Shown: positions 39,896-52,382, numbered from the stretch's first letter. The stretch is 64,000 nt of DNA from Octopus sinensis (GCF_006345805.1 NC_043012.1:21390001-21454000); one strand, 5' to 3'. Numbers and translations: made by a program. The notes: generated by a model from the letters alone, not told the origin.

Positions 39896-39930
39896 TAAAG
39901 AATATATTATTTTTAAGAAGAAAGAAAATG

Positions 39931-40217
39931 GAAGAAGAAATATTGTGTTGATATTTATACACTATATATCTATATATATATATATATATATACTAAATGC
40001 TACACTATGTTAATTGTAATTGAAAGATTTGTCCTTCAATGTATGATGAGCAAAATTTCAAAGGTCCATACTTGAAAAAGAGACTTTTCTGTGTTGAAGT
40101 TACGGATGAGAGAATACAAACGTCTATCTTTTTCAAGTATGGACCTTATGAAATTTTGCTCATCATACATTGAAGGACAAATCTTTCAATTTACAATTTA
40201 ACATAGTGTAGCATTTA

Positions 40218-40254
<37 letters not shown>

Positions 40255-40296
40255 TAGTGGTATAAATATCAACACAATTATTTTTTCTTCTTCTTC
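39931..40296. repeat. long imperfect palindrome (about 365 bp), 37-bp central spacer
   Basis: 39991-40084 pairs with 40122-40220 (few 1-2 nt indels). Pairing continues across (TA)n: TATTGTGTTGATATTTATAC / GTATAAATATCAACACAAT. Confidence 0.92.
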
Positions 40297-40789
40297 TTCT
40301 CCTTTCTTCCCTTCTCCAAACTCACAGTCACCCACACACACACACGCACACACATACACACACACCTCCACAAAACAATAATAAAAAGAATTCTTCTTCT
40401 CTAAAACCCAAAAACCATTTGACCATCCCTCATTAAACACACACACATACACACTCTCTCACAATGATAAAAAGGAAATATAATTTATGGTCTACCTTCC
40501 TATGTCCCTCCCCACCACTACACACTCAATAACACTATGAAATGGTCAAAACTCAAATTCTTTTTCCCCAAGATCTTAGACCCCCGCCCGTTGGAGTAAA
40601 CATCTTCTTCTTCCCTCTCCCTTCCCCTCTTTTTCTTTAACACCTCTTCCAAATACAAAAACACACACACACGCTCTCTCTCTCTCACTTTCTCCTTATC
40701 CATCACCCTCTTATATATTCTTACTAAACATAGACTTTCCATCGAAGAGGAGAAGCAGGACGAGGAAGAGGAAGAAGAGGAAATATTCT

Positions 40790-40980
40790 AATTTTGGCAC
40801 AAGGCCAGAAAATTTAAGGGGAGGGGTACAGTCGATTAAATCGACCACAATCCTTGACTGATACTTATTTTATCACTCCGGAGGTGTGAAAGTCAAGGTC
40901 GCCCCCGATGGAATTTGAACTTAGAACGCAATGAGTCGGAAGAAATACTGCTTCTTATTTTGTCCGCTGAGCTATTGATT
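40790..40980 (-). mobile_element. SINE family D, old copy
   Basis: GGCACAAGGCC..GTCGATTAAATCGAC..GGAATTTGAACTTAGAACG. Confidence 0.7.
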
Positions 40981-41559
40981 GGAGGAGGAAACATGGCGTG
41001 GTCATGATTTGAATTAGGTCATGCATTAGAAGAACAAATGAAGTGGTTTTAAATCAAGTAACGAAACTGCGAAACGAACTCGACAGGTCAGAAGCCCTTC
41101 ATCGCTCGTTTCTTTGCTATAAAAAAAGGAAGTTTTGATACGTTAGTATAAACGGAAATCTATGGAATCGATCCTTGTATATGACTGGCATTTATTTCAT
41201 AAACGCGGATGAAATAGAAGCAAAGACATCCTAGTGGAATTTGAACGCAAAACAATGAGATATGAAATAAAATTTTGTCAACCATTTTATCTGATAGGCC
41301 ACAGCTTTTGCTATTCCTGGCTATATGTTGAAGGTGTTAAAATCCAATGATTTATGACGAATCCGGTTGCGTGTGTATGTGTGCTTGTGAGTGTTTATTG
41401 TGTGTGTGTGTCTGTGTGTGTTTGTGTATGTGTGCATGTATATGTATGTACATACACACATATTTACTGAGAGTGTATGAATATACGAAAACTTAAAAAC
41501 TCTCTGACAAGCTGCTCCCGAAAAACTTCAAAGTCACAATACCTTTTATTTATTTCCTC

Positions 41560-41568
41560 TTAATAATA

Positions 41569-41618
<50 letters not shown>
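41560..41618. repeat. (TAA)n microsatellite
   Basis: Direct inspection. Confidence 0.95.
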
Positions 41619-42285
41619 TTGTGTGTATGTGTGAAGTTACATACCTACACGCGCACACACATACATACAGCCATCCATTCACACATACGTATACTTGTAG
41701 TCACGTTTGTATGTGAGTTAACGAATCGTGTTAAACACTTTCTATTCATGTTTTATCAAAACGAATGGTGCCTCCAGCCATAAAAAAAATTTTTTCCTCA
41801 TCTATTAAAAAAATGTCTGAAGCAATGCATATAAATTCAAGACACCGTATACAGAAGTTTATTGTATTTGTAATGTCTCAAATATTACCTACTTCACTGC
41901 ACAGTTTCTATCTGATTGAACTCATCGGCGGAACAAGACAATTGTTTTCTGCCAAGAAATAGTAAGGATATTCAGTAAAACAATAAAATCGGGAGAAAAC
42001 AGAGATGTTCTATGTCGGTAAAAAGTAATATGAAATAAACGGCGGAATTTAGTTTTTTATGGGATGAGGAAGACATATTTAGAATAGAACGCTTTGTCGG
42101 CGGTGGGGAGATGGAAGGTCGTCTGATTTTGAGGGACATATACAGTGACATTACTGAGAGAAGGGGATGAACAGATAAGAAGGCGGGTGAGGTAAGTGTT
42201 GATAAATAGGGAGACGGTTGCAGCGGAGAGGAAAGTGAATACCCAGAGATTTTGTTTGACGTTTTAAGTTGATTGGAAGAAGCGT

Positions 42286-42668
42286 GGAGGCGCAATGGCC
42301 CAGTGGTTAGGGCAGCGGACTCGCGGTCATAGGATCGCGGTTTCGATTCCCAGACCGGGCGTTGTGTGTGTTTATTGAGCGAAAACACCTAAAAGCTCCA
42401 CGAGGCTCCGGCAGGGGATGGTGGTGATCCCTGCTGTACTCTTTCACTACAACTTTCTCTCACTCTTACTTCCTGTTTCTGTTGTACCTGTATTTCAAGG
42501 GGTCGGCTTTGTCACTCTCTGTGTCACGCAAAATATCCCCGAGAACTACGTTAAGGGTGCACGTGTCTGTGGAGTGCTCAGCCACTTACACATTAATTTC
42601 ACGAGCAGGCTGTTCCGTTGATTCAGATCAACCGGAACCCTCATCGTCCTAACCGACGGAGTGCTTCC
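42286..42668 (+). mobile_element. SINE family B, full length with target-site duplication
   Basis: TGATTGGAAGA at 42270-42280 and again after a short (CA)n tail at about 42677-42687. Confidence 0.93.
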
Positions 42669-43300
42669 ACACACATGATTGGAAGAGAGAAGGTAATTAA
42701 TGACAGGGAAACAGGACAACACTATATATATACCAACATACACACACACATACGTATATACATATAAACGCGTGTGTGTGCGAGAGAGAGAGAGAAAGAA
42801 AGAGGGGGTGTTTAAATCTATTGAGCACAATAAAGCGGAAACTTTGTTATACTCATCAAAAGGCCTGAGCCGAGCATCTATGTTTCCATGGCCCGACGCA
42901 CATGCGTTTCTGATGCGACTGCACACGAAAAAAAATCAAATTTAACCCGGGTTTTCAGCAGAGGTTGACTGTAGACCAATACTCAATCTGAATACAATTC
43001 GAAATGCATAACGGTAAAAACACGGAAATGGCCCCGGACAATTAACAGAGTTGAAAAAATCTTCATAGTTCCACATTGTAAATATCTTCATAGAAATAAT
43101 TCAAACCATTAAAAATCTCTGAACGAAATTATATTTATCTTCTTTATGAAGGCTTTTATGAACCACTTTTCCAAATGCAGTATTTCATTTTGTCTTAACA
43201 ACTTGCATTTCAGCATTAATTTTGTCTTACAAACATGCAATCAGTCGTGCACACATTTATAAACACTTGCATACAAAAAACACTTATGCTTGTATGCATT

Positions 43301-43638
43301 CAACGGAACAGCCTGCTCGTGAAATTAACGTGCAAGTGGCTGAGCACTCCACAGACACGTGTACCCTTAATGTAGATCTCGGGGAGATTCAGTATGACAC
43401 AGAGTGTGACAAGGCTGGCCCCTTTAAAATGCAGGTACAACAGAAACAGGAAGAAAGAGTGAGAGAAAGTTGTGGTGAAAGAGTACAACAGGATTCGCCA
43501 CCAACCCCTGCCGGAGCCTCGTGGAGCTTTTAGGTGCTTTCACACAATAAACACTCACAACACCCGGTCTGGGATTCGAAACTGCGATCCTACGACCGCG
43601 AGTCCGCTGCCCTAACCACTGGGCCATTGCACCTCCAC
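43301..43638 (-). mobile_element. SINE family B, tail truncated
   Basis: Head and body match 30036-30416. Confidence 0.9.
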
Positions 43639-43776
43639 ATACACATATATACATACATATACATATATAATATGTGAAGAGTGATTTGTTTCAGTGGAGT
43701 GTATATTCTATTCTACAGCTTGGCATGCGTACATACGTGTTTATATACATTAAAAATCAAGAGAAGAAATAGAATC

Positions 43777-44020
43777 AAAGGTCCTTTCCGACCCCTACAC
43801 TCATAAGGGCCGGTGTCCTGGATTCTGTAGCGTATGTATCTCCTCCTGGACGGGACGCCAGACTATCGCAAGATTTTTCACTTTTGCCAGCTGAGTGGAC
43901 TGGAGCAACGTGAAGTAAAGTGTTTTGCTCAAAAACACAACGCATCACTCGGTCCAGCAATCGAAACCACAATCTTACAATCAGTAGTGAAACGCCCTAA
44001 CCACTAAGCCATGCGCCACC
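43777..44020 (-). mobile_element. SINE family C with tail type 3
   Basis: GGCGCATGGCTTAGTGGTTAGG head, core ACGTTGCTCCAGTCCACTCAGCTGG, tail TTGCGATAGTCTGGCGTCCCGTCCAGG.. Confidence 0.85.
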
Positions 44021-44497
44021 ACACTTAAATACACACACGCACATGCACACACATACATGTATGCATTTTAAATAATATTCTATCATATCTCTCATCAATA
44101 TTGTTATTACAGCAGAACTGATTGTGCGACCAATTACTACAATGCAAAATACACTAACAAACTTGTTAACTGTACGAGGTACACTGTTATAGTAGCAAGT
44201 AAGCGACCAGCTAAAATACTGCGGCGTTGAGTGAGTACAGAATATTATTTGTATGAGAGAAAGGAATCGTAGTAAAAATAAAATCAATACTGAAGAGGGA
44301 AGCAGGAGTTTAGAAGAAAATAGAACAGCATGCTGTGTCTGTAACTAACAACATCCTTCGCAGTATACTATCAATGCAAGCTGCAGTTCTTCCGTTTCCA
44401 TCATGGCTGGAGTATATAGCAATCAGACGCTGAAAATTGAAACATGCAGTTATAAACGCACGCGCCCACACAAACAGAGACATAGACAGATACATGT

Positions 44498-44531
<34 letters not shown>

Positions 44532-44805
44532 ACACTACATACATACATGCATACATACATATACAGCAAATATATTTTTATATATGTATATATACTTAGA
44601 AGATGTGTGGTGTGTATACATATATAGATATATAATATATATATATATATATATAGTATATATATATATATTGTGGTGTTGTGTGTGTGTGTGTGTGTAT
44701 ACACAAGATGTTTGGTGTGTTGTGTGTGTATACACAAGATTGTGTGTATACATATATAGATATTTAATATATATATATATATATATATAATACATACACA
44801 TGGCA

Positions 44806-44848
<43 letters not shown>

Positions 44849-45015
44849 TATAATATATATTAGAAAAAAATGAGGTAATCGATCGGATGGTTCATAGTTT
44901 ATAGATATTTAATTTATATATTACATTTTTTACATATATATCTATCATATTTCAGATCATATCATTCGGATTATTAGCGCTTTCTCCCAATCCAGTGGTG
45001 TTTTCATATATATAT

Positions 45016-45409
45016 ATATCACCGTAATCACCGTGACCAACCAGGCTATAAGATGTTATAATATATATATCACCGTGATCACCGTGACCAACCAGGCTAT
45101 CAGATGTTATAAGATATATATATATATATATATATCACCGTGATCACCGTGACCGACCAGGCTATCAGATGTTGTTACACATCGCTGGTCACAATGCGCT
45201 TTGCATTGTCTTAGCCTTAAAATGACGCCAACCCGCTGGCTAAGTGAGCAGGCCAACAGAAGAAAGAGTGAGATAAAGTTGCGCCGAAAGAGTACAGCAG
45301 GGATCACCACCACCCACTGCCGGAGCCTCGTGGAGCTTTAAGTGTTTTTGGTCAATAAACATCGAAACCGCGAGTCCGCTGCCCTACCACTGGGCCATTG
45401 CGCCTCCAC
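45016..45409 (-). mobile_element. SINE family B head with tail type 4, terminal unit triplicated
   Basis: B head/body, then a different tail; the unit ..GATAGCCTGG(T/C)GGTCACGGTGATCACGGTGA occurs at 45135-45173, 45070-45110 and 45019-45059. Confidence 0.88.
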
Positions 45410-45632
45410 ATATATATATATATATAATATATATATATATATATTATATAATATATATATATATATAGATAATGCACATATACAATCGATACATACATAT
45501 ATACTTAGAAGATGTGTGGTGTATATATACATATGTGTTTTTATTATATAACGCACACCACACATTTATATATATACATGCATGTATCGTATGTATGTAT
45601 GTATCTATGTATGTATGTATATGCCGCGTGTG

Positions 45633-45666
<34 letters not shown>

Positions 45667-45668
<2 letters not shown>

Positions 45669-46050
45669 TGTGTGGTAAGTAGCATCCTTACCAACCACAT
45701 AGTTCCGGGTTCAGCCCTACTGCGTGACACCTTGGACAATTGTCTTCTACAATAGCCTCGGGCCGACCAAAGCCTTGTGAGTGGATTTTGTAGACGGAAA
45801 CTGAAAGAAGCCCGTCGTGTGTGTGTGTGCGTCTATATGCTAATGTGGCTGTCTTTTTCCCCCACCATCACTTGACAACTGATACTGGTGGTCTGTGTAC
45901 GTCCCCGTAACTTAGCGGTTCAGCAAAAGATACCGATAGGATAAGTACTTGGCTTACGAAGAACAAGTTCTGGGGCCGATTTGTTCGACTAAAGGCGGTG
46001 CTCTAGTATGGCCGCAGTCAAATAACTGAAACAATTAAAAGAATAAAAGA
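45667..46050 (+). mobile_element. SINE family A
   Basis: Head and complete tail. Confidence 0.9.
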
Positions 46051-46087
<37 letters not shown>

Positions 46088-46552
46088 ATATATACAAACT
46101 TCTTAAAAGTGCACATGACATTCCCTTACGTTTTCTCCAACCAACTCACGTTCAGGCAATTGGAAAAAACCAGCAAAAGTATTGACATACTTGCTTAAGG
46201 ATATCCCAGTCCCTAACACCGTTATTGTGAAGCCCAATGACCGGTAACATTGCGGTGCTAGGGAGGTGGCTGGTTTTTATCCTCGGGACTCACGCAACTG
46301 AGTCACTGCAATGCATCATGTCTGGTGCTCTAAAAATATTCTGCGAATCTACTACCCTGTACTTGTACTTTATTTATTCATCTTCAAAGGGTGAGAAAAA
46401 AACATTGACCTTTCAGCTCAGAATTAGGCTATATACTTCGAATCATTCTCTACTCAGTGTTCTAACGATTTTGCCGATACACATACACCCAAACCACCCC
46501 ACACACACAGATATACACACACATACACACACACACACATATGCATATGTAT

Positions 46553-46676
<124 letters not shown>

Positions 46677-46813
46677 GTATATGTAAGTGTGTGTATGCAT
46701 ATATATATATACCAGAGTAAGCATATAAATATGAATAGCGGAGGTAGAGTAATATGCTTTATCAATAACATTGCAAAGACATCACAAAAGTGTGTACGTG
46801 TGTGTGTGTGTGA

Positions 46814-46855
<42 letters not shown>

Positions 46856-46998
46856 TATAAAAGTACAAACTTTGAGAGAACATGAAAATATTTCTCAACC
46901 AAAAATGTCCGACGAACGGGAACATGAAACTCAGTAGTAATTTTTGTGATGTCTTTGCAGCTTTATCCATATTAATATATATATATATATATTATATA

Positions 46999-47030
<32 letters not shown>

Positions 47031-47050
47031 ATAATACATACATACATACA

Positions 47051-47084
<34 letters not shown>

Positions 47085-47141
47085 CATACATACATACATA
47101 CATACATACATACATACAACATACATACATACATACATACA

Positions 47142-47176
<35 letters not shown>

Positions 47177-47308
47177 GCATGTATGTATCTGCAAATATAC
47201 ATATGTAATATATATTATATATTATATTTATATATATGATGTATATGTATATGCAAATACATTGTATGTATATTATACATGTGTGAGAGTGTGTGTGTTA
47301 TGTATATA

Positions 47309-47341
<33 letters not shown>

Positions 47342-47484
47342 TGACCCTTATTTCTAGCAATGCCGGTACTAATCTGCACCCTTGTTCATTGATTTGCATT
47401 TAGGTTTTAATTGCTAACCGGCCGCCTATATTATAATATATTTAGTATACTGCATTATATTATTTATACTATATTATATGTATA

Positions 47485-47995
47485 TATGGAAGAGTGCATC
47501 AATGGAACAGCTGAGCTCCGGGAGAGACGGAAAGAGTACGACTCTACTCCCTGGAGCGAAGATATGGGAGAGGTATGCAGTGATATATGTGTGGAAGATA
47601 CTGGAGGGATTGGCACCAACTTTGGAACTGAGAGTTATGCCAGACCACGAATCGGACGTCACTGCACTGTTCCAAAAGTCCCAGCTGTTCCATCTAAGGT
47701 GAGGACTATGTACTACAATAGCTTAGGATTCAAGGACCCACGGCTATTCAACGCCTTGCCAAAGCATCTGAGAGATCTCCATGCTTTCATGAAACAACCT
47801 GACCTCTTGCTGTCCAAGGTCACAGATGAACCATTATCCAGGCAGGAGACTCAAAAGAGGGCAGCAGTGTCAAACTCCCTCCTTCTCCAAAAGCCAATCA
47901 CATAGAATTGGCCAATTAAAGGGTGATAACACTGGCGGTGCTCCAGCATGGCCACAGTCTTTGGGCTGAAACACATGACAAAATAACAGAATAAC
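47485..47995 (+). mobile_element. CR1/L2-group LINE 3' end (RT C-terminus plus tail)
   Basis: WERYAVIYVWKILEGLAP / RIGRHCTVPKVP..NSLGFKDPRLFNALPKHLRDLH..LLLSKVTDEP..RAAVSNSLL*, then GGCGGTGCTCCAGCATGGCCACAGTCTTTGGGCTGAAAC. Confidence 0.85.
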
Positions 47996-48027
47996 ACAAT
48001 ACATATGTATGCATATGTAATATATAT

Positions 48028-48092
<65 letters not shown>

Positions 48093-48405
48093 ATATATTC
48101 ACATATATATAGAAATATATATACACACACATATACGCACGCACATATATATATATATGTATGTATGTAACATATGCATATGGGTATCTGGGCTTGATTG
48201 AATTGCAATAAGTATTCATGTACAAGAGAACGATGTGACATATAAGTTACATTCTAAAATTTGACAGATGTGTGTGTGTGTGTGTAAGAGATGGGGTTTG
48301 ATAGTATATGTTTATGCGTATATGCGTGTGCTTATGTATATATTCCTTTACATATATAATGCAGCTGCGCACACGCACAGTCATATATATATATATATAT
48401 ATGTG

Positions 48406-48441
<36 letters not shown>

Positions 48442-48527
48442 AATATGTAGATGTGTTTGTAGCATATATGTATTTGTGTGTTTGTGTGCGTGTTCGTGTA
48501 TGCGTGTGTATATATATATGTATGCAT

Positions 48528-48574
<47 letters not shown>

Positions 48575-48849
48575 CTGTTATGAATGCACATTGTAATTGC
48601 AATGAAAGGTGGTTGATTAAGAAATAATGAATATTAATGGGTGAGGTGATATGTATAACCTTAGCTTTAAAAAACAGGATTGTTAGAAGGTATGACATCC
48701 TTTTGTAGTATAATAGTATGCATGAAGCATAAACAACGTCTACATATACGAAAGCACATAAATGAGTATATGAAAGAAGTATATAAGACGCAAATTGTCG
48801 CTTAAAAGCTTGAGTGAAATTCCAAAGTGGTAAAGCGAATAGTTTCAGG

Positions 48850-49110
48850 CAAACAGCTTACTTAGATAACTTAGATATGTTTCGACCAAAGATTGGTCCA
48901 GGCCATGTCTTACTTAATAGCACCACCTGATAGGATTATTCGAATCCTGTTTAAGTCAAGTTTTGTTCAAGTAGTGAGTTCATGTTGGGTGAATTGTATC
49001 AAGTTTTGTTCAAGTAGTGAGTTCTTGTTGGGTGAGTTGTATCCAATTATGGGTGGCTTATCTGGTATTCTTTGAAGGAATCTATCCAGACTCACAAATT
49101 TTTGTAAAAT
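48850..49110 (-). mobile_element. second CR1/L2-group LINE 3' end, different subfamily, with a 43-bp tandem duplication
   Basis: SLDRFLQRIPDKPPIIGYNSPNKNSLLE; tail GGTGGTGCT..CATGGCCTGGACCAATCTTTGGTCGAAAC; duplication 48956-48998 / 48999-49041. Confidence 0.7.
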
Positions 49111-50055
49111 CAAATGAGAAAATTTATATCATGCCGAGTATTCCGTTGTTTGAATTAGTCATTTGTTAATATATTATTTGTTTAATGTTATAAAGCCTGT
49201 TTACAGTATCTTAAAATGACAGATTATTCGTTCAAACCGTGAATATCTTGAAATATTATGAACATTTTTTTTGCTTAAGCAAAGTCGGCAGCATAAATTT
49301 ACCACAAGTTGCTATATACATATGGAGTAGAATATCCAAAAAAAATTGGCCGTTCAACTTTATACGTTGCAGAACTATTTTCTTTTAAAAACAAAATAAG
49401 CTCGGAAATGCAGGTTTCCTTAACGCATGTGTATGTTGATAACAACGAACTTTAAACGATTCTTATAACATCCATCTGTTATAACTTCAGGAAAGACTAT
49501 CGTTATCAGATTAAACCTTAGCACAATATATTTTGAAGTTTCATCAATTACCCTTTAGAGAGCAGTTGTTTGGATCAATGGAATTATAAATAGAAGCGAA
49601 TATATTGTTGTTGAAGATATTTTTGGAATTAAAATTGTTGATTGAACTTGCGAAACTTTTACAGTAAGAATATACCACCTTTACTGAATTTCTACAAAAA
49701 TATTTCATGTCTTTAATTCTTCTTAAAATGGAAAGAGCTCAAATTCAAAAGCTTTCTAACTCTGTATGTTTGTAATTCTAAACTAAATATTAACTAAGGA
49801 GTATCATAACATACTCGTTAGTTTATTTTTATGTTTAGGATATTAAGACGGGTTGTGTATTGCAAATTATCTGCAAAACCAATCGCAAAGGACTTCATTT
49901 TAAGAAGCACAATCAGTGTGACCTTCCTCTGAATGTAATAAGATGAACGTTTCCTCATATTAGGGACTAAATTTAGTAGAATATAAGTAGTTTGTTCGAA
50001 TTGTTATTGGTACAAAATAATCGTTATGGGGTTTACAATGATCTTTCATTAGATA

Positions 50056-50156
50056 CGCGCGCGCGCGCTCATAAGCGCGCATATTATGCCGCTGTTGTCA
50101 TAGCAACTATTGACAACAATACTGGAAATATAAGTAGAAAGAGTGTATGTGATTGG
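50056..50156. promoter_or_regulatory. candidate promoter: RFX X-box, (CG)n run and CCAAT box
   Basis: GTTGTCATAGCAAC at 50094-50107 fits the X-box consensus RTHNYY-WT-RRNRAC; (CG)6C at 50056-50068; TGATTGG (reverse CCAATCA) at 50150-50156; lies in about 1.4 kb lacking recognisable SINEs. Confidence 0.45.
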
Positions 50157-50672
50157 GGAGAAGATTAAAAGAGTTCGAAAAATAGATCGTAGAGGAAGAC
50201 GTGAGAGAACGCAAAATCTCTCTGGGAGATAAAAATCCCAAAAGAGAAAGGGAGAGAATGGGGAGAGAGTGGGAGGGATAGAAGGGAAAATAGAATTGTT
50301 GAAAAACAGTCAGAAAGGGATAATATTGAATGGTTTATTAAAAAAAGAAAGGGGGGAAAAACGATTATGAGAAAAGGGGTGGTGCGAGTTTACCATTTTA
50401 TCAATTTTGTTTTTATTGAATGAAATTTGTTTTGCATAAATATTTTATCACTAAAATTTGTGCTTGCATATTTTATTCCATATTGATCTTTTATAAAAGC
50501 CTACACCACTGTATTGTATGTGTGTGGGTGGGAGTGACTGTACATATATATATTCAGATATACACACATATAAAATATAGTATACATGCATACATACGGG
50601 GTTGTTGTTTGCCTGTATTTGTCAGCTTTGTTTGAGCAGATCTATAATTAGGAGTTTAGCATTTATCGAGAG

Positions 50673-50828
50673 TAGGGCATGGGCAACCTTTTTCGGGAAG
50701 TGGGCCGTATGAGACACGACTCATCATCAGGCGGGCCGCACAACGAAAAATTATTCAAGGTAATATTTCGTTTACGCGTGCCAGTCTGAATGTCTTGTGG
50801 TTCGTACGAAGCAGTCTGACCATCACTG
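50673..50828. mobile_element. hAT/Charlie-like MITE, decayed
   Basis: Left ..GGGCATGGGCAACC, internal GCGGGCCGCA, right TGACCATCACTG followed by ATCTAGAT (NTCTAGAN Charlie target); left flank ATCGAGAG. Confidence 0.5.
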
Positions 50829-50974
50829 ATCTAGATTTTGTGTTTGTTTTCTCAGATGATAAAGCATTATTCGAAAATAGTTGCTATTTCTAGTAGAATC
50901 CCACCGAATGCAACCTCGCCTTCTTCCTGATTCGGTTCAATAATGTTCCAGTTAAGTACTGGGGTGGAAGAGAT

Positions 50975-51180
50975 ACAATACTGGTTTCACATTTTGCACA
51001 AGGCCAGCAATATCGGGGAGGGGTAAGTTGTTTACATCGAACCCGGTGCTCGACTGCTATTTATTCTATCGACCCTGAAAGAATGAAAGGTACAGTTGAC
51101 TTCGGCAGAATTTGAACACAGAACTTTAAACATTAGGCATTTTGCCCAGCGTGCTAACGGGTCTGCCAGTTCGCAGCCTT
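50975..51180 (-). mobile_element. SINE family D copy
   Basis: TCGACCCTGAAAGAATGAAAGG..GAATTTGAAC. Confidence 0.7.
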
Positions 51181-52019
51181 CAGTGGGGTTTAATATTCCT
51201 ACCAAGATGAGTTTTTCGTAGTAGGGCCAGCTGTGAGAATTGAAAAAGGTTGAGAGATCAACTAGCCATGTTTAATAAAAACTTGCCCGGGGCCATGGCG
51301 AAGAACAAAGAAGTATATAAGCCCCAAATCATTTGTTTTCTCAATGATTTGGGACAGGATGCAAAGAATTTCCCCAATAGTTTTCAAAGGGAAGGTGCCA
51401 GTGTTCGACTGCCGAAGAACCTCTACTGTAAAACATTGCATCTACGAAGATAATTAAATTAGAATTCCACATAGAAGTTGGTTCGTCGTTCCATGGCAGT
51501 GGAAACAAGTTCCAATCAAGACAGCATTTTTCACTCCACAATGTAATGTGTGGCATTGCACCAAAATTAGAAATCATTATTTTTTATTTTATTTTATGTA
51601 AAAACAGACTCTTACAAAGCTTACAAAGATAAGATAGGTTTATAAGGAATGCAGAATAAATGTTGAGGATATATATATCTAACTGCTGGCTTTCTTTAGT
51701 CACTTTGCTTTAATATCTAGCGTTAACACTCTATATTTAAGAAGATATCGAAGAAACCTACAAGAAAATCAAGTAAATTCTTGGCAATTGTCCAAACCAA
51801 TTTTCGATAACATATGTTTGAAGTGAATTTATAATTTTGCTTGTTAATCTATTCTCACAAGATTTAAGGTTTAAAACCGCGATGTTCTACTGTCTACTTT
51901 CAGTGTTTTAGTGTATATATGTGTGCGTGCATGTGTGTGTACGCGTGTGTGTAGAGAGAGAGGGAGAGGTTGATAGATAATAGGTAGATAGATAGATAGA
52001 GGCATATATTTATATGTAC

Positions 52020-52051
<32 letters not shown>

Positions 52052-52079
52052 TTTATACACACATACATATATAGATAGG

Positions 52080-52117
<38 letters not shown>

Positions 52118-52124
52118 CATATCT

Positions 52125-52325
52125 TGATCGCTAGCCACTAAAACTTTTTCTATTTTCTCTCCCTGTATATTTCTCTGTTCCATTCTGTTGAAGAGCGTAG
52201 GCTCGAAACGTAAAAGACTTTCTTACTTCCCGAGCGTTAAACTAATACATCTGTTTGTTGTTTACACACCCATCTTCGTCTTTTGTTTGTTTCTGGTTGT
52301 TGTTGTTTTTGTTGTAAATTCCAAC
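52125..52325 (+). mobile_element. possible Penelope-type terminal segment with a hammerhead-like motif (52185-52212)
   Basis: CTGTTGA-A-GAGC GTAG GCTC-GAAACGTA: helix II perfect, ACGT palindrome, but conserved A6 is replaced by T. Confidence 0.4.
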
Positions 52326-52342
52326 TATATGTATATATATAT

Positions 52343-52382
<40 letters not shown>

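Noticed and set aside
42286-42355. tRNA-Arg-like head as a real tRNA gene
   Set aside because: It continues into SINE body and tail in every copy and lacks an acceptor-stem 3' strand and terminator.
45019-45173. Repeat-spacer pattern resembling CRISPR
   Set aside because: Spacers are (TA)n, the repeats are SINE tail copies, and the DNA is eukaryotic.
48875-48903. GACC/GGTC-GAAAC looked like a hammerhead missing ATGA
   Set aside because: Context shows it is the LINE 3' stem-loop homologous to the SINE A tail.
50705-50732. CTGATGA-TGAG..CTCA on the minus strand
   Set aside because: No GAAA follows; it lies inside the hAT MITE.
51230-51600. Possible LINE RT C-terminal remnant
   Set aside because: Only vague similarity in broken frames.
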